64,000 nt of DNA from Gemmatales bacterium. Lineage in GTDB: Bacteria > Planctomycetota > Planctomycetia > Gemmatales > HRBIN36. Every line of letters begins with the position of its first letter. Position 1 is the stretch's first letter. The stretch lies in the NCBI GenBank assembly GCA_041640595.1, contig JBEPZY010000006.1:32001-96000 (forward strand), in the 5' to 3' direction. This document shows positions 56,945 through 64,000 of this stretch, one piece after another. The notes under the pieces are model-generated. The model did not search any database and was not told where the DNA came from. It was given only the letters and a program-made list of their open reading frames with translations. The position numbers were made by a program, and so were the translations under genes.

Positions 56945-57886
56945 TCAAACGGCGTTCTCGGTCTCAAAGACGCCTCGCACCAGTTCCAGATCGCGAGCAA
57001 TCTGGTGGCAAAGTGCTTCCGCGGAGTCAAAGCGTTGCACATCGCGAAGGCGTTGCAGAAATTGTACCGTTAACGAAGCACCGTACAATTCGCCGCGGAA
57101 ACCGACCAGGAACACCTCCAGCTTGCGTTCCTGCGTGTCGAAGGTAGGATTAGGACCAACGTGGACAGCGGCCGGGTAACGCTGACCACGCCAGCAAACC
57201 GCCCCAGCATACACGCCTTCGCCCGGTATCAGTGTGCTCACTTCCATCAGATTGGCGGTGGGAAACCCCAGATCGCGACCACGACCGGCACCCGAACCCA
57301 CTTTACCGGAGACGGCGTATGGCCTGCCCAGCCAGCGTCGAGCACCGACCACATCTCCCGATAACAGAGCCCGGCGGATACGACTGCTACAGACTATTTC
57401 CCCATCGTCAACCACGGGAGGTACCACGTCGGCCAGCAAACTGTGCCGAACACACCAGCGAACCAGCAGTTCCGCATTGCCCCGGCGACCTCGCCCAAAA
57501 GTGAAACTCGGACCCTCCACCAGGCCCCGTGCGGCGAAGCGGTTCCGCACCACTTCCTGCAAGAATTGCTCCGGCTCTAACTCCAGCAGCGACCAGTCGG
57601 TCTGGAGCACCACGACATGGTCAATCTCCAGCGCGATCATCCGCCTGACACGCTCGGCCACCGTGGTCAGTAGCGGTTCTGCTGTTTGTGGCCGAAGCAA
57701 GGTCCGCGGATGGGGATCGAATGTAATCACCGTGGCGGGAACCCGCTGCCGCTGTGCATGTGCCCGCAATCGTCGCAACAGACTCTGATGACCTCGATGG
57801 ACACCGTCAAAGTTTCCGATGCTGATGATGCTATCATGCACCGCGGTCGGAATTTCCTCACGCCAGTGCAGATGCCAGGTAGCCAT
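56945..57886 (-). CDS. ribF: Bifunctional riboflavin kinase / FAD synthetase
   Basis: GNFDGVHRGH, TFDPHP, SSRIR, LGFPTAN, GPNPTF. Confidence 0.97.
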   Translation of the reverse strand: MATWHLHWREEIPTAVHDSIISIGNFDGVHRGHQSLLRRLRAHAQRQRVPATVITFDPHPRTLLRPQTAEPLLTTVAERVRRMIALEIDHVVVLQTDWSLLELEPEQFLQEVVRNRFAARGLVEGPSFTFGRGRRGNAELLVRWCVRHSLLADVVPPVVDDGEIVCSSRIRRALLSGDVVGARRWLGRPYAVSGKVGSGAGRGRDLGFPTANLMEVSTLIPGEGVYAGAVCWRGQRYPAAVHVGPNPTFDTQERKLEVFLVGFRGELYGASLTVQFLQRLRDVQRFDSAEALCHQIARDLELVRGVFETENAV

Positions 57887-58036
57887 AGTCTCCCTCGGTA
57901 CTCAGGCTCAGGAAAAAGCACGGGCGACCGCTCTCGGTCGCCCGACATTGCTGGCACATTCAATGTAGCAGAACAACCGAAGACCGGCTTGCCGAACAAT
58001 TCCAGGTTCGCAACAGGTTGCCAGCAGTTCGCTCGG

Positions 58037-58780
58037 CTACCAGGAGTTCGCCCGTCGGTAGTAAGAGCGATAATCCGAACGCTGGCCGAACACAAAAACC
58101 AATCCCGCACCTGCCAGAAAACCACCGATATGGGCACCGTATGCCACACCGCCGCCCATATCGATCCCGGCCATGATGAGCTGATAAATAAACCACACTC
58201 CTAACGCCACCCAGGCCGGTAGTGTTACCACTGCCCGGAAAAGGATTCCTGTAACCTGGCTATTCGGAAACAATACCATATACCCTCCCAGCACGCCCGA
58301 TATCGCCCCGCTGGCACCTAGAGTCGGTATATAGCGATACGGAGCCTCGGTATTCAAAAGTATGTGGACCACATCAGCAAGAATGCCACAAGTTAGATAG
58401 TAGAACAGATACCTTACCCGCCCCATGGCATCTTCCAAGTTATCACCGAATATCCACAAAAAGAGCATATTCCCTAATAGATGCAGCCAGTTGCCGTGCA
58501 GGAACATACTTGTCAAGAGCGTAAGGTAAATGGGCTTCGGTCCAGGCTCATGCGGAATGGTGATCCGCTCGCCCCAAGGACCGCCTCTTTCAGAAACTAC
58601 GACAGGATGAACTAAATCCTTACCGGTTAGAATCTCATGCGGTACCATGCTTAGACTATAGGTAATTGCGGAGGAAGTAAGTTGCAGCAGGAACATCAAA
58701 ACGTTGATAATAATTAGCGACCAGTTTACCACCGGAAATAAAGCACCGGGACGGTTTTCGTCGCGCAAAGGGATGAACAT
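58037..58780 (-). CDS. Rhomboid family intramembrane serine protease
   Basis: HLLGNMLFL, GASGAISG, AHIGGF. Confidence 0.96.
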   Translation of the reverse strand: MFIPLRDENRPGALFPVVNWSLIIINVLMFLLQLTSSAITYSLSMVPHEILTGKDLVHPVVVSERGGPWGERITIPHEPGPKPIYLTLLTSMFLHGNWLHLLGNMLFLWIFGDNLEDAMGRVRYLFYYLTCGILADVVHILLNTEAPYRYIPTLGASGAISGVLGGYMVLFPNSQVTGILFRAVVTLPAWVALGVWFIYQLIMAGIDMGGGVAYGAHIGGFLAGAGLVFVFGQRSDYRSYYRRANSW

Positions 58781-58851
58781 GGCGAATCTCCCTAAAGCGT
58801 TTATCGCGCCAGTGGCTGATTTGTAGGGCTCAGCACTTGATACTCTTTCTC

Positions 58852-59979
58852 CTAAATGATAAGCATAGCGTCGCCGTAACTATAAAAGCGATAGCGCTGG
58901 CGGATGGCCTCTTGATAAGCTCGCTGGATCAGCTCTAAGCCTGCGAAAGCGCTGACCAGAACTAATAACGAGCTGCGTGGTAGATGGAAATTGGTCATCA
59001 GGACATCTACCGCACGGAAAGTGAAAGGTGGGCGAATATAGAGGTGGGTTTCGCCGCACCAGGCGCGGATCGGCCCGGTTTGGGCTACGGTTTCTAAGGT
59101 TCGCACCGTGGTGGTACCCACTGCTACTACCCGTCCGCCGCGTTGCCGGCATTGTTGTATTTGCTGGGCTGTCTCTTCGCTTATCTGACACCATTCCGCG
59201 TGCATCTGGTGGCGGGCTGCATCGGTGACTGTGATCGGTTGAAAGGTGCCAACACCAACATGAAGGGTCACATAAGCAATGTCAATACCCCGTTCCTTCA
59301 GGCGATCGAATAAGCGTGGGGTAAAATGCAATCCCGCCGTCGGCGCTGCCACTGAACCAGGCTGCTGAGCGTAGATGGTTTGATAACGCTCACGGTCTTC
59401 CGGGCGATCACGCCCCTGGCGAATATATGGAGGCAAAGGGACATGCCCATAGATGGCCAGCAATTCTTCAGGCGGAGCATCTAAGTTCGGTCGGCAGAGC
59501 CAGTGCCCGTCTGGAGTGCGACCCTCTAATGTCAGAATCAAGGGTTCACGCTTGTCTTCGGCTAAGCAGGGCGCGATCACGAATTGCTCGCCAACTTGTG
59601 GTTTGCCACGGGTTTGTGCTAAGAGTTCCCATCGGCCATCCGGATAGCGACGCAGGAATAGTCCCTCCCAACGCCCGCCGGTCTTGCCCCGAACACCGTA
59701 CAGGCGAGCCGGGATCACTTTGGTGTTGTTCAACACTAATAAATCTCCCGGACGTAAAATGTTCGGCAGTTCATAAACATGGCGATGTTCCCAGGTACCG
59801 GTTCGACGATCCAGCACCAGCAAGCGAGCCTGGTCGCGCTCAGGTAATGGCTCCTGAGCGATTAGTTCCTGTGGCAAATCGTAATCGAACCACTCCAGAG
59901 GCAGGCTTTCCCCTGATTCGGAGCGATCGGTAAAGGCTGAGCGCGACTCAGCCGCCGTTACTTGAAACCCTTCAACCAT
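58852..59979 (-). CDS. queA: S-adenosylmethionine:tRNA ribosyltransferase-isomerase
   Basis: FDYDLPQELIAQ, AAPTAGLHF, TNFHLPRSS, FYSYGDAM; exact start uncertain. Confidence 0.97.
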   Translation of the reverse strand: MVEGFQVTAAESRSAFTDRSESGESLPLEWFDYDLPQELIAQEPLPERDQARLLVLDRRTGTWEHRHVYELPNILRPGDLLVLNNTKVIPARLYGVRGKTGGRWEGLFLRRYPDGRWELLAQTRGKPQVGEQFVIAPCLAEDKREPLILTLEGRTPDGHWLCRPNLDAPPEELLAIYGHVPLPPYIRQGRDRPEDRERYQTIYAQQPGSVAAPTAGLHFTPRLFDRLKERGIDIAYVTLHVGVGTFQPITVTDAARHQMHAEWCQISEETAQQIQQCRQRGGRVVAVGTTTVRTLETVAQTGPIRAWCGETHLYIRPPFTFRAVDVLMTNFHLPRSSLLVLVSAFAGLELIQRAYQEAIRQRYRFYSYGDAMLII

Positions 59980-60554
59980 TCGTCGAACCCCTTTTGATGC
60001 TTCGTTACGGTTACTTCTGGCCCGACCAGGCGAATAAAATAAGGCCCTTTTGGCGAGCGGAAAATGACACTAATCATGCGATGGTCTTTGCGTGGCTCGG
60101 CTTTAGGCGCAGCCGGGAAAGGACGGAACAAATACGTACCACGGATGTCCACATACACCACCGGCACTTCACCGACTTTAAATTCCGTGACCTTAGTAAC
60201 CTCGTCTATAGTTTTGCCTTCCGGAGGCTGAAACATGTTTTTCCAGCGCTTGATATTTTCGTCCACGCCCCCACCGCCGCCTTCTCCGAAATAAAAAATG
60301 ACCAGTTCAGCCTCTAAATCAGGTTTCTCGCCTGGCAGGCGAAACACCTTGTAACGGAATTGCTGATTAGTAGGCACCTCTTTCCAGTCGGCGGGGGTGC
60401 GGGATTGCAAGCCGTCCAGTTCGACGACTGTTCCAGCATTTTGTCCATGCCCTGCGGAGACGGCCGGCTTCCCTTCCATGCAGCCGGACGTGCCCAAGGC
60501 AATGATCGCAACGACTGCCGCCAGAAAGTGTCCACGCCAATATCCCGCTTGCAT
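59958..60554 (-). CDS. Hypothetical lipoprotein
   Basis: Lipobox-like TSGC; GGGGVDENIKRW motif. Confidence 0.8.
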   Translation of the reverse strand: MQAGYWRGHFLAAVVAIIALGTSGCMEGKPAVSAGHGQNAGTVVELDGLQSRTPADWKEVPTNQQFRYKVFRLPGEKPDLEAELVIFYFGEGGGGGVDENIKRWKNMFQPPEGKTIDEVTKVTEFKVGEVPVVYVDIRGTYLFRPFPAAPKAEPRKDHRMISVIFRSPKGPYFIRLVGPEVTVTKHQKGFDEWLKGFK

Positions 60555-60644
60555 AGTTTTTCTCCTCTAAGATTTGGGAAACCCGCTCCAGCAAGCCACT
60601 CGTTGCTATTTTAGACGCTTTTGCCGTGGTTCGACCTTTGAAAA

Positions 60645-61802
60645 TCACGCTGGCCGACTGGCCTGGCGTTTTTGCCAGTCCTCGACAAAGAGATTGAAAT
60701 GGCCATAGTTCGGCGGATGAGCCTGGATGACGTCCAGGTTCAGGGTCACGCCCAGACCGGGCCCATTCGGTAACGGGAAATAACCATCCACGACTGGCGG
60801 ACAACCGCTGGCACATTGCCGCGTGTGCGGTTCGGTGAAATCGTTGAAGTGTTCCTGAATCTTGAAGTTGGTGGTGCAGGCAGCGAAATGCAGAGCGGTC
60901 GCTGTTGCAACCGGGCCGGCCACGTTATGAGGGGCGACGGTCATGTAATACATATCAGCCATAGCCGCGATCTTTTTCGTTTCCAGCAAGCCGCAGCATT
61001 CGGTGATGTCCGGCTGAATAATATCGCAGGCCTGGCGTTCGAACAGTTCGCGGAATTCATACTTATGATGCAGTCGTTCTCCCGTGGCCACCGGAATGCG
61101 AACCTGCTGAGCGACTTTGGCCAGGGCAGCGATGTTATCCGCAGGCACCGGTTCTTCGATCCAGGTTGGATCGAAAGGTTCCAGCTCCCGAGCGATGCGG
61201 ATCGCTGTCGCCGGGCTAAATCGCCCATGCATTTCGATCAGCAATTCAACGTCTGGCCCAACCGCGGCCCGTACTGCTTCCACCAGGCTGATGCTCAGTA
61301 ACCTCTCTTTCCGCTCCAGTTCGTACCAGCCCGGACCAAACGGATCGAATTTCAGTGCGCGATATCCTTTAGCAACCGCAGCTTTCGCAGCTTCGGCAAA
61401 AGCGTCGGGAGTACGCGGCACCTGATACCAGCCATTGGCGTAGGCTTTGATGCGGTCGCGCACGGCACCACCGAGCAATTCGTAAACGGCTCGATTCGTC
61501 GCTTTGCCGATGATGTCCCAACAGGCAATTTCTACCAGCGCAATGGCCGTCGCCACTATTTGCCCGACGCGGCCATAATCATCGCGAAACATCCGCAGCA
61601 CGGTCTGTTCGATGCGAAACGGATCGTTGCCGAGAATGTAACGATTCTTTGCTTCCTCCAAGTAGCCCAGCAGCGCCTGGGTACGGTTAGAAATTCGAGC
61701 TTCGCTCACCCCCACCAACCCCTCGTCGGTGGTTAGTTGCAGGAAAGTGAGGTTTCTCCAGGCGCTGCCCATGACCCACACCTGCATCTGGCTGATGCGC
61801 AT
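60645..61802 (-). CDS. Mandelate racemase/muconate lactonizing enzyme family (galactonate dehydratase-like)
   Basis: YANGW, LKFDPF, EMHGRF, WIEEP, TGER, QPD, APHN. Confidence 0.93.
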   Translation of the reverse strand: MRISQMQVWVMGSAWRNLTFLQLTTDEGLVGVSEARISNRTQALLGYLEEAKNRYILGNDPFRIEQTVLRMFRDDYGRVGQIVATAIALVEIACWDIIGKATNRAVYELLGGAVRDRIKAYANGWYQVPRTPDAFAEAAKAAVAKGYRALKFDPFGPGWYELERKERLLSISLVEAVRAAVGPDVELLIEMHGRFSPATAIRIARELEPFDPTWIEEPVPADNIAALAKVAQQVRIPVATGERLHHKYEFRELFERQACDIIQPDITECCGLLETKKIAAMADMYYMTVAPHNVAGPVATATALHFAACTTNFKIQEHFNDFTEPHTRQCASGCPPVVDGYFPLPNGPGLGVTLNLDVIQAHPPNYGHFNLFVEDWQKRQASRPA

Positions 61803-61930
61803 GATCCTTCCTCTCCTGGTAGCGACCTGACGGCAGGCAGCTTTTCCGATATCCTGACCGGTGCTCGCAAGAAGCTCCGCTTGTTTTATGACTACCCTTA
61901 CGAACTGACGAGTCGGTCCGGGCTAATGCT

Positions 61931-62617
61931 ATGCCAGCCCCGCTTACTGTGGAACCGCTTGGCGACCAGGGCGTGCTTTTAGTTTTCGCTGCCGAAGGGC
62001 ACGCTCAAGGATTTGCTCGCACGTTACTTCAACGCCGCCCGGATTGGTTGACCGACCTGGTCGTGGCTTATCACAGCGTCGCCGTGTTCTACAATCTGGA
62101 AAAAGTCAGTTACCAAACCGTTGCCGATACATTGCGCTTCTGGCCCGCCGAATCCGCAGAAACTCGCGGTCGGCTGTACGAAATTCCGTGCTGTTATGAC
62201 CTCGGGCCGGACCTGGCACGGGTCGCGGAATTATGTCAGCGCAGTGTCAGCGAATTCGTGGCTCTGCATAGCGGCCCGATCTACACGGTTTATGCGATAG
62301 GCTTTGTGCCGGGCTTCCCTTACCTGGGCTATTTGCCAGAGCGCATAGCCGGAGTGCCACGGTTGGCCTCACCACGCCCACGAGTAGAACCCGGAAGCGT
62401 AGGCGTTGCTGGTCGGCAAACCGGAATTTATCCCTCAGCGGTGCCCGGTGGCTGGCATTTGATTGGCCGCACACCACTCGTCATTGCCGACCTGGAGGGC
62501 GAGTTTTTCCCCTTGCAAGTCGGCGACCGTGTTCGCTTTCGGCCGATCTCCGTCGAAGAATTTCGCCATCTCTCCGGCCAGCGACTGGATGAACGCTGGC
62601 TCGTCGTCGGCGAGTAA
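61931..62617 (+). CDS. pxpB: 5-oxoprolinase subunit B (KipI/AHS1 family)
   Basis: IGFVPGFPYLG, PRLASPR, GSVGVAG, SAVPGGWHLIGRT. Confidence 0.9.
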   Translation: MPAPLTVEPLGDQGVLLVFAAEGHAQGFARTLLQRRPDWLTDLVVAYHSVAVFYNLEKVSYQTVADTLRFWPAESAETRGRLYEIPCCYDLGPDLARVAELCQRSVSEFVALHSGPIYTVYAIGFVPGFPYLGYLPERIAGVPRLASPRPRVEPGSVGVAGRQTGIYPSAVPGGWHLIGRTPLVIADLEGEFFPLQVGDRVRFRPISVEEFRHLSGQRLDERWLVVGE

Positions 62618-62649
62618 TCTGCCGCTATCCCCCGGGTAATAAGGAAAAC

Positions 62650-63375
62650 CTACCGGCTCACCAGCGGCCGAATTCGCACGTAAACCTGTGTCCCCTCTTT
62701 GGGAGCCTTGCTGAGATCAAACTTGACCAGGGGTTTTGGATCATATACGGGATAGCGATTGTCAGCAATGATCCCGCCGGCACAATCGCACGGACAGGCG
62801 ATGCACCCCGTGCCCGATTTATGAATCACGCCGGAGCCGTGAAAGACGAAGTGTGGCGTCCAGGGTTTCTCCGTTGGCTTGCCCTCCACCAAGACCCGCT
62901 CAGTTACGAAATCCTGATAAGGACGCTCGACCCAACGCTCTCCTTCCTGCCAGAAAATGGAAATCTGCACCGGGTCGCCCTGCAAATAATCCTCGGGAGT
63001 TGTGGTCGGCTTCAAGCCGCTGCGTTTGCGGCCTTCCTGGATACTGTAATGCACACGCGGTTTGCAACCGAGTTGTATGAGCGCCTCGTACACCTCTTCG
63101 GTTGGGACATCCACCAGAAACACGAAATACTCGGCCATCTTCGCTTCGCCTCCCGCAGCACGAGCACACCCGACGAAGGCCTGCACCCGCTCGCCAAATT
63201 CGTCAATGCAGGGTTTGCCTTTCGGGTGTTGCACACGCGCCGAGAGAATCACTTCGCCTCGCAGCCGGTCGATCACCACCGTTCCCGGCTTGGGAAGTTT
63301 TTCCACCGGAGCCTGTGCTGGCGTAACTATGGGTAATGCCAGCACACCCGCCAGAATCCACAGTCCTCGCTTCAT
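62650..63375 (-). CDS. Secreted YdjY-like protein with a Cys cluster
   Basis: Signal peptide ending AQA; GCIACPCDCAGGII motif. Confidence 0.7.
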   Translation of the reverse strand: MKRGLWILAGVLALPIVTPAQAPVEKLPKPGTVVIDRLRGEVILSARVQHPKGKPCIDEFGERVQAFVGCARAAGGEAKMAEYFVFLVDVPTEEVYEALIQLGCKPRVHYSIQEGRKRSGLKPTTTPEDYLQGDPVQISIFWQEGERWVERPYQDFVTERVLVEGKPTEKPWTPHFVFHGSGVIHKSGTGCIACPCDCAGGIIADNRYPVYDPKPLVKFDLSKAPKEGTQVYVRIRPLVSR

Positions 63376-63822
63376 AGTTCTACCCTCCCTTCTTTCTGAT
63401 TCTGCCACTGCAAAGCAGATTCGGGGGAACAGCGTAAGGCTCTATCCACGTGGTTCGGCTAGCACGGCAGAAATTCCGTGGAGATGACGGTTCGCCACCA
63501 GCTCTCGCTGCGCGCAACGGACACGCCGGCCTAACCGGCCCCAACTCAGGTAAAGCCCGTCCCTGGTTTCACGGGCATATCGAGGTTGAGCAACTGGGAA
63601 ATGATCGCAGACGGCTTGCGTTCCATCATAAGGTTCGACTTTACTAAGCCAGCGGCCAGCGTCAAGTGGATGAAAAACTTTAGCGCAGGTAGCGGGATTT
63701 CCTCTGTGCACTTTCCGTTTAGAGAACCGCCGCAAGCAATATGAAGATAGCGTTCCGACCGCGTGTGCCGATGTTTCGGCTGACGAGCTTCTCTCTCGCC
63801 AGGAGCATAGGAGACGCGAATC

Positions 63823-64000
63823 ATGTCCACCGCTACCGGGAAAGGGCTGCCGAACTGGTCAGTTCTCGTGGCCGGGATGCTTGTGCTCGCACATGCCGCA
63901 AGCCAACCCGATGTTAGTTTCGCTGAAGAAAAGCCTTCGACTCAGCCGGCACTCTCGTCTGATATCCTGGGCCCCAGACCTAATGCACTGGAAGAGGTCT
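63823..64000 (+). CDS. Probable secreted protein (5' part; runs off the window)
   Basis: AGGAG RBS; open frame MSTATGKGLPNWSVLVAGMLVLAHAASQ... to the window end. Confidence 0.6.
   Translation, partial: MSTATGKGLPNWSVLVAGMLVLAHAASQPDVSFAEEKPSTQPALSSDILGPRPNALEEV

Noticed and set aside
63410..63820. Riboswitch in the divergent intergenic region
   Set aside because: Only short hairpins; no recognisable cobalamin, TPP, FMN or SAM consensus. An Rfam scan would be needed.

Overview
A GC-rich bacterial window, almost certainly Planctomycetota and probably Gemmatales-like, judging by DUF1501, DUF1559, an expanded SecE and planctomycete-type EF-Tu and RpoB signatures. Most of it is housekeeping: nuoH/J/K/L, a two-component pair, adk-map, aroDE, rnr, ribF, queA, and the cluster tRNA-Ser, tRNA-Tyr/Gly/Thr, tuf, rpmG, tRNA-Trp, secE, nusG, rplKAJL, rpoBC, rpsL, rpsG (no fusA follows). 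Three things stand out. (1) Two ORFs at 3121-4263 are really one gene read through two in-frame UGA codons (U-E-R-U-A-D-C), followed by SECIS-like hairpins. This is a candidate di-selenocysteine thioredoxin/CxxCH/PDZ lipoprotein. (2) At 46293-49327 a compact TM-SAVED gene is coupled to a divergent CorA-like membrane protein, which faces a convergent paralog, with no cyclase or Cas10 in the window. This is a candidate undescribed nucleotide-gated membrane effector system. (3) At 10.5-12.9 kb there is a decaying array of orphan RHS toxin-tip/immunity cassettes. All family calls come from motif recognition by eye; no searches were run.
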